From the NCBI GenBank assembly GCA_012862495.1, contig BLSG01000231.1:12377-76376 (forward strand): a stretch of DNA of 64,000 bases. Reading direction: 5' to 3'. Within the stretch, counting starts at the first letter, position 1. Each line of letters starts with the position of its first letter. Of the stretch, positions 1 to 10,400 are shown one piece after another. This DNA comes from Thraustochytrium aureum. Taxonomy: Eukaryota. The notes under the pieces were generated by a model, which did no database searches, was not told where the DNA came from, and saw only the letters and a list, made by a program, of their open reading frames with translations. The position numbers were made by a program, and so were the translations under genes.

Positions 1-34
1 TTTTGCGCAGGGTTTTCGAGGGAGTTGCGGCGAG

Positions 35-1329
35 ATGGGAAACTCGCTAGAGTGCGAGGCCGCGCTGTGCGGCGGGATCGGAGCGCCGGTGGCGGATGAG
101 GGCTGCGTGTTCCCGTTCCAAGTCGTCATCAACGGCGCAGCCAAGGTGTTCGAGCAGTGCGTGAGCGCCGATGTGATCGCGCCTCCCGGCGAAGCCCTTG
201 CTGGAGGCACCGCCCCACCGATGTGGTGCTCGATGAACGCAACCGTGCAAGAAAACGCGACGGTGGGCTTTGGAATCGCGGCTTGTCAGTGTGGCGAGGC
301 GCAGGCCGCCGAACAGAGCATGACCTGGCTACTTGGCGTTGTCTTTTCAATCCTGTCGAGCATGGCCACGACGGTGGGCATGATCCTGCAAAAGGTCGCG
401 CACAACAAGAACGACGCAAAACCCGAGGAGGACAAGGCGCGCGAGTGGATCGGCATCCTCTTCAGCCCTTACTGGATGTGCGCCTTTATGCTTATGGTGA
501 TGCTGCCGCTCCCGTTTGACTTTGTCGCTCTCGCGCTGGCCTCGCAAAGCCTGCTGGCCCTTTCGCGGGCCTCAGTCTGGTCCTCAACCAACTGCTCGCT
601 CCGTGCATGCTGGGGGAGAAGCTGGACCGCATCGAGATCGTGGCCACGGCGATCATTGCAACTGGTCTGTGGTCTCCACGGTGAGCGGCCCCAAGGGAGA
701 CGTGCAGCTCAACGCCTGCGAGCTTCTGGCGCGATACTCGGACGCCGACTTTGTCGTCGCTGTCGCGGGGCTGTCGTTGCCATCGGCGTTTTGCCTCTTC
801 CTTATCCACTGCGTGCGTCAGTCGACGACGCTGACGCGTTTGCGGCCAGCGCTGTACGCGTTTTGCGCAGGTGGCTTTGGCGGAATCGGAAACGTTTTTT
901 TCAAAGCGACGGGCGAGCTTGCCGAGGCGGGGCTGGCCGAGACGGACGCGAGCGGAGGCGCGTGGCGCACGGTGCACCCGTACTACCACATCGCTCTGGT
1001 GGTCTTTTTCGCGTCTTTTGCAGATCAGCTACATCAACCAGGGCCTGCGCAAGTACGACGCGGTGCTTTACATTCCGCTGTACAACTGCTGGTACATCCT
1101 GCTCAGTGGAATGATGGGGGCCGTGACGTATCGCGAGTTCGCCAAGTACTCGACTCTGCAGTTTGTTCTCTTTCCAATCGGCGTGGCGATCACGCTGGGG
1201 GGGATTATGGTGATGACTCTCAAGACGCCAGGCACCGACCAGGAGTTTAAGGTGAAGCCTGAGCCGCCCGCTGAGGGCTTGAAGCCCGAAGTGGAGCGGG
1301 TGCCCGACGGCCGAATGGCCGTCGTTTAG
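35..1329 (+). CDS. NIPA/DMT-family Mg2+ transporter-like membrane protein with Cys-rich FN2-like N-terminus (3 apparent frameshifts)
   Basis: NIPA-like segments GMILQKVAH, DFVALALASQSLLAPFAGLSLVLNQLLAP, QISYINQGLRKYDAVLYIPLYN and GAVTYREF are spread over three frames and are joined by 1-nt indels at ~560, ~668 and ~1017. Confidence 0.75.
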
Positions 1330-2309
1330 AGAATAATAATAAACAGTAGCCGTATCATACTTGAGAGCAGGCAGGCGACCACTTTCCGAGCGGGCTTGCA
1401 CAGGAGTACCCAACGGTCCACGACGCCAATCTCTTCAATGATCAGTTCAACGACGAAAAAGCCAAAGGTGCTCGCACATTTGCGTGCGAGCCAAGCGCAA
1501 CCACACCGTGCACCAGAGCGGCCTTGAACAACGCACAAACTGCCACCGGTCTCTAGCTAGAGAANNNNNNNNNNNNNNNNNNNNNNNNNNNNNNNNNNNN
1601 NNNNNNNNNNNNNNNNNNNNNNNNNNNNNNNNNNNNNNNNNNNNNNNNNNNNNNNNNNNNNNNNNNNNNNNNNNNNNNNNNNNNNNNNNNNNNNNNNNNN
1701 NNNNNNNNNNNNNNNNNNNNNNNNNNNNNNNNNNNNNNNNNNNNNNNNNNNNNNNNNNNNNNNNNNNNNNNNNNNNNNNNNNNNNNNNNNNNNNNNNNNN
1801 NNNNNNNNNNNNNNNNNNNNNNNNNNNNNNNNNNNNNNNNNNNNNNNNNNNNNNNNNNNNNNNNNNNNNNNNNNNNNNNNNNNNNNNNNNNNNNNNNNNN
1901 NNNNNNNNNNNNNNNNNNNNNNNNNNNNNNNNNNNNNNNNNNNNNNNNNNNNNNNNNNNNNNNNNNNNNNNNNNNNNNNNNNNNNNNNNNNNNNNNNNNN
2001 NNNNNNNNNNNNNNNNNNNNNNNNNNNNNNNNNNNNNNNNNNNNNNNNNNNNNNNNNNNNNNNNNNNNNNNNNNNNNNNNNNNNNNNNNNNNNNNNNNNN
2101 NNNNNNNNNNNNNNNNNNNNNNNNNNNNNNNNNNNNNNNNNNNNNNNNNNNNNNNNNNNNNNNNNNNNNNNNNNNNNNNNNNNNNNNNNNNNNNNNNNNN
2201 NNNNNNNNNNNNNNNNNNNNNNNNNNNNNNNNNNNNNNNNNNNNNNNNNNNNNNNNNNNNNNNNNNNNNNNNNNNNNNNNNNNNNNNNNNNNNNNNNNNN
2301 NNNNNNNNN

Positions 2310-2740
2310 ATCGCGAAGGGCAAGGGCAAGGGCCACATCGTGGAGAAACGGCCGAAGACCGTGCGCGCCAGCGACCGCCAAGGGGTGAGTTGGTGAGGGA
2401 TGGAGGCGGCTGCTGTTGTTGTTGCTGGTGGTGGTGGTGGTGGTGGTGTTTGTTGGGGGGCTGGTGGTGGTGTTGGCGGCGCGCATGGTGGCTGACGCGG
2501 CGGCGGGCGTAGAAGAAGGGCAAGCGCGTGGCGTTCATCCGCTCGGTGATCCGCGAGGTGGCCGGGCTCGCTCCGTATGAGAAGCGCTGCATGGACCTGA
2601 TCAAGCTGCTCGGCGGTAGCGCGGACAAGCGGGTGTACAAGGTCGCCAAGAAGCGGTTGGGCACGCACCGTCGTGCGCTGCTCAAGCGCGACGAGATGAA
2701 GAACCTCAACGCTGCCATGCGCGCCAAGGGCAACAACTAA
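2310..2740 (+). CDS. RPL36: 60S ribosomal protein L36 (eL36); 5' end in gap; intron 2385-2512
   Basis: [21 protein letters not shown] | [47 protein letters not shown] donor at 2385, CTGAC branch site, TAG acceptor at 2512, and the frame is preserved on splicing. Confidence 0.95.
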
Positions 2741-3230
2741 AAAGGGTCTCTATTGCTTGCGTACTGCGCCTGTTGTGTTGGCCTTGAGAGCGAGCGGTGT
2801 GCCAGCTGGCCCTTTGGGAATGCCGAGCGGAGCACGGCGACTCCCCGTTGCCTGGTGGCCGTTGACTTGGCACAACAACATCGCAGTTGCCGAGGCGCTA
2901 CCCACTGCCTTCTCTACTCTAGCTAGCTAGAGCAAGAGCACCCGCGCAGGCAAGCCCAGGGCCAGACGAGAGCCGCCCCGAGGGTCGACTCGGCCAAGCC
3001 GGCCAAAGACTTGGAAGCCCCCCCCATGCCGCAGCGAGACGACGGCGGCGCACCGGCTCCGCAGTTTCAAAACCAGCTTCCCAACCTTGCATTTCTACCA
3101 AACTAGCTACTACCTACTCTACGACACGACATCTGCAGCGGAAAGACGATTGCACGCGAATGCTCTGCTCGCCTCTGACCAACGCTCGACAGCGCAGCAA
3201 CGGCTGTGCGGCCCACCGTTCGCTCGTCCG

Positions 3231-3472
3231 TCAGACAATCTGCGCCGCAGCGGCGCCCGCGTCCTGCGGCTTGCGGCGCCAGAACGAAGAGTCGCCCTTG
3301 GCCCCGTCGCGGCGTTTGGGCGAAGCAAACCCGCCCATGTCGTCCTCCTCGGCGGCGCCAGTGCCAGAGGAGGCCAACATGGTGACGCCCGCAACAATCG
3401 CGCTCACCCCGAGCGCAAATGCCAGGTACTGCACCAGCCCGAGCCCGTCAAAGTCGCCGTAGTACAAGGCAC
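3231..3472 (-). CDS. C-terminal fragment of a second NIPA/DMT-like transporter (remainder in gap)
   Basis: YYGDFDGLGLVQYLAFALGVSAIVAGVTMLA parallels the final helix of the first gene (YREFAKYSTLQFVLFPIGVAITLGGIMVM). Confidence 0.6.
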
Positions 3473-5649
3473 NNNNNNNNNNNNNNNNNNNNNNNNNNNN
3501 NNNNNNNNNNNNNNNNNNNNNNNNNNNNNNNNNNNNNNNNNNNNNNNNNNNNNNNNNNNNNNNNNNNNNNNNNNNNNNNNNNNNNNNNNNNNNNNNNNNN
3601 NNNNNNNNNNNNNNNNNNNNNNNNNNNNNNNNNNNNNNNNNNNNNNNNNNNNNNNNNNNNNNNNNNNNNNNNNNNNNNNNNNNNNNNNNNNNNNNNNNNN
3701 NNNNNNNNNNNNNNNNNNNNNNNNNNNNNNNNNNNNNNNNNNNNNNNNNNNNNNNNNNNNNNNNNNNNNNNNNNNNNNNNNNNNNNNNNNNNNNNNNNNN
3801 NNNNNNNNNNNNNNNNNNNNNNNNNNNNNNNNNNNNNNNNNNNNNNNNNNNNNNNNNNNNNNNNNNNNNNNNNNNNNNNNNNNNNNNNNNNNNNNNNNNN
3901 NNNNNNNNNNNNNNNNNNNNNNNNNNNNNNNNNNNNNNNNNNNNNNNNNNNNNNNNNNNNNNNNNNNNNNNNNNNNNNNNNNNNNNNNNNNNNNNNNNNN
4001 NNNNNNNNNNNNNNNNNNNNNNNNNNNNNNNNNNNNNNNNNNNNNNNNNNNNNNNNNNNNNNNNNNNNNNNNNNNNNNNNNNNNNNNNNNNNNNNNNNNN
4101 NNNNNNNNNNNNNNNNNNNNNNNNNNNNNNNNNNNNNNNNNNNNNNNNNNNNNNNNNNNNNNNNNNNNNNNNNNNNNNNNNNNNNNNNNNNNNNNNNNNN
4201 NNNNNNNNNNNNNNNNNNNNNNNNNNNNNNNNNNNNNNNNNNNNNNNNNNNNNNNNNNNNNNNNNNNNNNNNNNNNNNNNNNNNNNNNNNNNNNNNNNNN
4301 NNNNNNNNNNNNNNNNNNNNNNNNNNNNNNNNNNNNNNNNNNNNNNNNNNNNNNNNNNNNNNNNNNNNNNNNNNNNNNNNNNNNNNNNNNNNNNNNNNNN
4401 NNNNNNNNNNNNNNNNNNNNNNNNNNNNNNNNNNNNNNNNNNNNNNNNNNNNNNNCGCAGCCGCGCAGCCGCGCTCCCACGCGCGCTCGTGCGCGAAGGC
4501 GGGCGCGCGTCGCGCCGTTCCAGCTCTGGCTGGCGGCCAGCCCCAAACGGCCGAGCAAGGAGCCCGTTCGCGCTAGGTATTGAATATCAATATAAATTCA
4601 AGGAAAAATACAATTTCAAGAGTTGACGTCTTGTCAAGGACAGGTGAGGCTCTGGGAGGGGCGTAGCAGGGAGGGCGCTTTGCGGGTTCCCCTTGGGGGC
4701 TAGTATTGAGTTTATCCTCTGAGGGGCCGGGATTGGCGACGACCCTCTCCTCTCAGCGACCGCTCAAGGATGACAGCGAATTTTCGAACGTTCCTCAGGA
4801 CTTCGCACACTGTTGGGCACGAAACAGGTCAAACTGGATTAATTCTGTTGCTGTCCCAGCGCTGGATTGAGAGAGCTCGCAATTCTTCCATTCAAGACTG
4901 TGGCCTTTCGTGCCCTCCCCCTCTCTCGCTGCGTGCGCCTCCCTGCCGAGGAGTCTCGTGGCCCATCTCTCCCTTTCACGGAACACCCTCCCTGTGCCAC
5001 TCTGTGAGTGTGTGTGCGTTCCCTTTCGTTTGTGGGACGCTCGGCTCCCTCTTGACCCTCGCCAGCCAGCCCCACTCACCTCACACCAGGTGACGCGGGA
5101 GCGCAGTGGGGATCACAAAACGCGCGGCGCAACTTCGCAGCGCACTCTCACCCGATGAGAGGGTACCCTCCAATTCACAACCAACAACAGCAGCAAAAAG
5201 AAAGCCGAAAGCGCCTCCCTGCCCTGCGTCCCACCCAGTCGCAAGAACAAAAAACGCAATTAAAAGCAAAAAAAGGGCGAAAAAAGGGCGAAAAAGGCGA
5301 ACGTTTTGCCAGGCCTCCAAGCAGCAAGCAAAGGTGCGCGCTCTTTCCTCTCAACACGAGCGAGAGGGAAGAACAGAGCGAGAGAGAGAGGGAGCGGTGT
5401 GCTTATGTGAGCGACGCGCCGCCTCTCACCCAATCCAGAGAGAGTGCACGAAACCCCCCCACGCACCGCCAGTTCCTCACAGAGCAGGACGCGCATTTCG
5501 CCAATTCGCACCGAAAACCACCTTCACAAATGCACTCCCCTCACAGCTTCTCCCCCGTTCGTTTGTTCGCTCCCTCCTTCGTTGGCGTTGCTTCGGCCTA
5601 ATTCCTTCAAGGCTTCGAAGTTTGTCGACCTTTGTTTGTGCGCCTGGTG

Positions 5650-5750
5650 CCCTCCCTGCCTGCCCTCCTCTCTCTCTCCTTATCTCTCCCTCTCTGTCTC
5701 TCTCCTTATCTCCTTTCTCTCCTTATCTCTCTCTCTCTGTCTCTATTGTG
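5650..5750 (+). repeat. CT-rich low-complexity tract
   Basis: Imperfect (CT)n/(CCTG)n pyrimidine run directly before the gap. Confidence 0.7.
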
Positions 5751-6335
5751 TTCGTGNNNNNNNNNNNNNNNNNNNNNNNNNNNNNNNNNNNNNNNNNNNN
5801 NNNNNNNNNNNNNNNNNNNNNNNNNNNNNNNNNNNNNNNNNNNNNNNNNNNNNNNNNNNNNNNNNNNNNNNNNNNNNNNNNNNNNNNNNNNNNNNNNNNN
5901 NNNNNNNNNNNNNNNNNNNNNNNNNNNNNNNNNNNNNNNNNNNNNNNNNNNNNNNNNNNNNNNNNNNNNNNNNNNNNNNNNNNNNNNNNNNNNNNNNNNN
6001 NNNNNNNNNNNNNNNNNNNNNNNNNNNNNNNNNNNNNNNNNNNNNNNNNNNNNNNNNNNNNNNNNNNNNNNNNNNNNNNNNNNNNNNNNNNNNNNNNNNN
6101 NNNNNNNNNNNNNNNNNNNNNNNNNNNNNNNNNNNNNNNNNNNNNNNNNNNNNNNNNNNNNNNNNNNNNNNNNNNNNNNNNNNNNNNNNNNNNNNNNNNN
6201 NNNNNNNNNNNNNNNNNNNNNNNNNNNNNNNNNNNNNNNNNNNNNNNNNNNNNNNNNNNNNNNNNNNNNNNNNNNNNNNNNNNNNNNNNNNNNNNNNNNN
6301 NNNNNNNNNNNNNNNNNNNNNNNNNNNNNNNNNNN

Positions 6336-7766
6336 CTGCGCAAGCTGCAAAAGCGACGCAGCTGGAATGGGCCCTCGTGCACCTGCAAGGCGTTCCGGGA
6401 CCGGGGCAAGTGCAAGCACCTGGAGCTGTTCCAGGAGGCCAACCTGAAAGCAGGCGTCGACCTCGGCGCCGCTGGCAGCGCCACAGCGAGGCGAAAGCGG
6501 TTTCGCCGCGACAGCGGGCGCAATCCCGACAGCGAGGCCCCAGAGGCAAGTAGTAGCAGCGTCAGCACGGCCGCGACACGGAGGAGCTCGCAGAACTACG
6601 TGCTGGCCACCTCAAAGTACGCGCTCAGCAACGCGCGCGGCCACAACATGGGCGACGTGATCGTCCCCAACTCGATCAAGCAGCTCACCAGCGAGGTGCA
6701 GCTATTAGACAACATTGGCCGCGGCGGCTGCGGCAGGCTCCTCTTCCGCTCCGCGAGCAACGAGCACGGCGTGGTGCTCACCAAGGTGCTTCGCTGCGAG
6801 CCGCCTGCCTGCTTGCCGCACCACCAGGCGGCGATGAACAACGAGCTCGAGGTTCTTGCCAAGCTGCGGCCGCACCCAAATCTTGTGGCGTTTTTCGGGT
6901 ACACGGAGATGCTCTTGGACGGCGACGTGCTCGAGCGCCGCGTCGCCTTTGAATTCGCCGTGGACACGCTCAGCGACCTTGTGCACCACCGCAGCACGGC
7001 GCAGCTCCGCCTCACGTACCTGGAGATCCGCAACTATTGCATCGACGTCAGCTGCGCCGTGGACTACCTGCACAGCGTCGGCGTCGTGCATCGTGACGTA
7101 TCGTCGGAGAACGTCCTCATGTCGATCAACCAGTACCCGAGCTCGGGCCAGTGGACCGAGGTCATGAAGCGCCACTTCCGTCTCTCCAACTCGATCAAGT
7201 CGCTCTTCGGGGCCAACCAGCCGCCAACCAGCTCCAGCCACTTGCCTGCGCTGCACAACACGCCCCGTTCCCCGCCGCCCTCGAAAAAACCAAGCAAGTC
7301 AATCGGCTGGCGAAGCAAGCCGCAGCATCACGCGCACTACCCCGCGCAGCAGATCGCGGCCTCGCTCAACCCGGACTCGCCGATGGGCCCCACTATGACG
7401 GCGAAACTTGGCAACTTTGAGGTTGCCAAGGAGATTCACTCGCAGCGGACACGGACGCGGGTCTCGTCCCCGAGCTGCATGCCGCCTGAGATGTGGTGTG
7501 CACACGACTATGACTACGCCGTCGACGTGTGGGCCATTGGCTCGCTTCTCTTCGAGATGTTGGCCAAGGAAAAGCCCTTTGCCAAGCTCAACTTGTCCCA
7601 AATCGACGCTCTCGTGTCCAGCCGAAACTTCCCGCCTCGCGCGCCAGTGGCTCCGGTAGAGTTCAGGGCCCTCGAGAAGATCATGCGCAGCTGCCTCGCC
7701 TTTGAGCCGGCGCACAGGCCGACGGTGTCCGAGCTTCTCAACGACCTTCGTCTCTGTCTGATGTAG
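6336..7766 (+). CDS. SWIM zinc-finger plus protein-kinase-like domain (probable pseudokinase); 5' end in or before gap
   Basis: CTCKAFRDRGKCKHL fits the SWIM pattern CxCxnCxH. Kinase subdomains: IGRGGCG, HPNLV, VHRDVSSEN, LGNFE (in place of DFG), MPPE, DVWAIG, RPT. Confidence 0.8.
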   Translation: MRKLQKRRSWNGPSCTCKAFRDRGKCKHLELFQEANLKAGVDLGAAGSATARRKRFRRDSGRNPDSEAPEASSSSVSTAATRRSSQNYVLATSKYALSNARGHNMGDVIVPNSIKQLTSEVQLLDNIGRGGCGRLLFRSASNEHGVVLTKVLRCEPPACLPHHQAAMNNELEVLAKLRPHPNLVAFFGYTEMLLDGDVLERRVAFEFAVDTLSDLVHHRSTAQLRLTYLEIRNYCIDVSCAVDYLHSVGVVHRDVSSENVLMSINQYPSSGQWTEVMKRHFRLSNSIKSLFGANQPPTSSSHLPALHNTPRSPPPSKKPSKSIGWRSKPQHHAHYPAQQIAASLNPDSPMGPTMTAKLGNFEVAKEIHSQRTRTRVSSPSCMPPEMWCAHDYDYAVDVWAIGSLLFEMLAKEKPFAKLNLSQIDALVSSRNFPPRAPVAPVEFRALEKIMRSCLAFEPAHRPTVSELLNDLRLCLM

Positions 7767-7897
7767 TGCCGTCGCGCGGGTGTAGTTGCATTGAAGGCGA
7801 CGATGGCGATGACGGCAGAGCTGTATGATGGAAACTTTCTCTTTTGTTTTGTTGGTTTTGTTTTGCTTGTTGGGTTTTCTGTTTTTCTGCGCGGCAG

Positions 7898-7991
7898 GTT
7901 CTCCCTGCAAGCCTTTCAATTGGCCTCGCTGTAGGTCATGTGTTCTCCCTGCAAGCCTTTTAATTGGCCTCGCTGTAGGTGCCTCGCTGTA
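7898..7991. repeat. 44-bp-period direct repeat (2 copies plus partial)
   Basis: GTTCTCCCTGCAAGCCTTT(C/T)AATTGGCCTCGCTGTAGGT at 7898 and 7942, then GCCTCGCTGTA. Confidence 0.9.
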
Positions 7992-8367
7992 TCATGAGTC
8001 AGCAATCTTGGTGGAGAGTACGCGGTACTCCTCTACCTTGACTTGCAGATCTGCAGATGACGACTCCCTTCGAGAGCTGGTCACGCAGCTTGGATGGATG
8101 GGCCGCACGCCGTTGCACCCGCGAATCCAACAACGTGGCTGACCCAAAGGCTTGGGCCTGTGCAGTGCTGAGCGAATGGAAAACCATCTAGTGCGAGCGG
8201 CACCAAACGGCAGGTGCCTCTCCAACTTTGCGAAGGCAGTGCAAAGGGCAGCCGCATCAAGTCTGCAGTCAAGGCAGAGATCTGCCGCTTGCCGAGCAAA
8301 GGGTTGTACGGGTCTTCAATGGCCGGCCGGCCCCGTGTTGTTCTTTCAATCAGTCAGTCAACAAGTA

Positions 8368-8483
8368 GCGTAGAGCAACGACCCAACCGCATGGAGTTTT
8401 CGCGTCGCGTAGAGTTACGACCCAACCGCATGGAGTTTTCGCGTCGCGTAGAGTAACGACCCAACCGCATGGAGTTTTCGCGT
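8368..8483. repeat. 39-bp tandem minisatellite running into a gap
   Basis: GTAGAG(CA/TT/TA)ACGACCCAACCGCATGGAGTTTTCGCGTCGC at 8370, 8409 and 8448 (third copy truncated by Ns). Confidence 0.95.
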
Positions 8484-8969
8484 NNNNNNNNNNNNNNNNN
8501 NNNNNNNNNNNNNNNNNNNNNNNNNNNNNNNNNNNNNNNNNNNNNNNNNNNNNNNNNNNNNNNNNNNNNNNNNNNNNNNNNNNNNNNNNNNNNNNNNNNN
8601 NNNNNNNNNNNNNNNNNNNNNNNNNNNNNNNNNNNNNNNNNNNNNNNNNNNNNNNNNNNNNNNNNNNNNNNNNNNNNNNNNNNNNNNNNNNNNNNNNNNN
8701 NNNNNNNNNNNNNNNNNNNNNNNNNNNNNNNNNNNNNNNNNNNNNNNNNNNNNNNNNNNNNNNNNNNNNNNNNNNNNNNNNNNNNNNNNNNNNNNNNNNN
8801 NNNNNNNNNNNNNNNNNNNNNNNNNNNNNNNNNNNNNNNNNNNNNNNNNNNNNNNNNNNNNNAGTACATCAAGACGATCCATGGACTTGTAATTGCTAGC
8901 AAGCAAGCTCTAGCGGTACTGGGGAGGTATCAAAAAACATCGACGAGAAGATAGGCAAGTGTCGTCCGT

Positions 8970-10400
8970 TCATTCGACAGGCCACACGCTGTTGGGTAAA
9001 CTGCAGTCAAACCGCATTTCGAGGTCCTCGCGAAAGCCGCACGTCACCTCGGGCAGGCGGCTCAAGCTGCAGGTCTTTCCGTCCGGGCACAACGTGCGGA
9101 GAAGCGGGGCTGTCAGGTTGCCCACGGGGATCGGGTAGCCATAGCGCAGCGACATGACCTGCACCATGGTTGTATACTCTCCGTCAGCTCTCTCCGCCAA
9201 GTCCCATGTGAAGTCATTCAACTTGTAAGAGTGCGTGGCGTGCAGACGCTGACTTATGTGATTGGCGTTCAGGATGTCCTCCGCAGTGGGAATATGGTCC
9301 AGCTCAGCACGGCGAGCAAACTCTTGTAGAACCCTTGTCATGTCGTTGTCGAAATCCTCCACTCTGAACCCCCATTCCGCAGTGCCTTCGACAAACTTGT
9401 TATAGAAGACCCAATGCCGCAGCGTTTCCGCGAGAACGCGATCAAATTCGCTCATTTTGGCTGGATTCTGACGCAGCAGGTTCGTCTCACACATCCCTTG
9501 GTTGAATAGCTTGGCGCCAATTTTCCCCTTGCTGAACCGCGAGTTTATCGTCTTCAGCGGCTCGCGAACGATGTGGAAGACGTGCTTGAAGCGCCGTCCG
9601 GCCAATTTCCAGGTATTGAGAGGGTGGCATGACCGTTCTGCCCCGTTCTTCAGTTTGAACGGCTCGTCGGAGAAGGCCTGCATCCATGACACCGCGCCAT
9701 TGCTGTCCCCGGAAGGCATCCGCTTGTCGTGCGAAAACTTGAACCCAAACGATCTCAGCATGGACCACACGTACTTGGTGCCTGAACGGCCGACCCCAGA
9801 AACGAGCAGCTTGAGTGGTGGTTCGGGCCCCGTAAGTCCGCAAGCCTCGTTGTAGCGAAGAGAGCGCTGAAGCCACTGGCAAGTCGGTTCGCTCTCAGCC
9901 ACAAGGCGCGGTGTCTCGAAAGCGAGTACCTCGCTCTTATTGCCGTGGAATTGAAAGGTCGTTGCAGAGGCCGCCGGTTTGGCGTGTGGTCGTTCGCCAC
10001 GCCACTCTTCCGGCCCATTGGCCCAGTCTAGGTTTTGCACTGCGCTGGCCCAATCCGTCCTCGTTTTATCGCTCTGCTCTAGTTCAGGCTGGAATTGGCC
10101 TGGAACGCGAATGGACGCACCTTCGCCATCGCTGAGGTGCGGACCTTCGCTCGCCCGGTCCAAGGGCGAAGCTGGTTTTCTCAATGCCGTCTTGTAGGTC
10201 TTGCTGAAGGCGCCACTGCTTTTTTGGGCCACTGCCGAGTTCCACGCGGCCAGCGCGAGAGCGAAGCCCACCACAAAGCGCTTCAAGTGCCGCCTCGTCT
10301 GGTCTCTGGTCCCTTCATCAGGGCGCTTGCCGCGCGACTCCATGACCAGGCTGAAGCCTTGTTCCTCGATTTCCTCGTCGGGTCTGTAGAACACCCCCAT
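8970..10400 (-). CDS. Membrane-anchored sulfotransferase-family (P-loop) protein
   Basis: N-terminal hydrophobic anchor FVVGFALALAAW, 5'-PSB loop LLVSGVGRSGTK, 3'-PB-like HIVREPLKTINS, and a later FRVED. Uninterrupted 476-aa ORF. Confidence 0.75.
   Translation of the reverse strand: MGVFYRPDEEIEEQGFSLVMESRGKRPDEGTRDQTRRHLKRFVVGFALALAAWNSAVAQKSSGAFSKTYKTALRKPASPLDRASEGPHLSDGEGASIRVPGQFQPELEQSDKTRTDWASAVQNLDWANGPEEWRGERPHAKPAASATTFQFHGNKSEVLAFETPRLVAESEPTCQWLQRSLRYNEACGLTGPEPPLKLLVSGVGRSGTKYVWSMLRSFGFKFSHDKRMPSGDSNGAVSWMQAFSDEPFKLKNGAERSCHPLNTWKLAGRRFKHVFHIVREPLKTINSRFSKGKIGAKLFNQGMCETNLLRQNPAKMSEFDRVLAETLRHWVFYNKFVEGTAEWGFRVEDFDNDMTRVLQEFARRAELDHIPTAEDILNANHISQRLHATHSYKLNDFTWDLAERADGEYTTMVQVMSLRYGYPIPVGNLTAPLLRTLCPDGKTCSLSRLPEVTCGFREDLEMRFDCSLPNSVWPVE

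Noticed and set aside
5106..5756. N-terminal part of the 886-aa ORF as coding sequence
   Set aside because: It has A-rich and CT-repeat low-complexity composition and is joined to the kinase only through Ns. It is more likely promoter, UTR or intron.
8368..8483. 39-bp repeats as a CRISPR array
   Set aside because: The units are head-to-tail with no unique spacers, there are no cas genes, and the context is eukaryotic.
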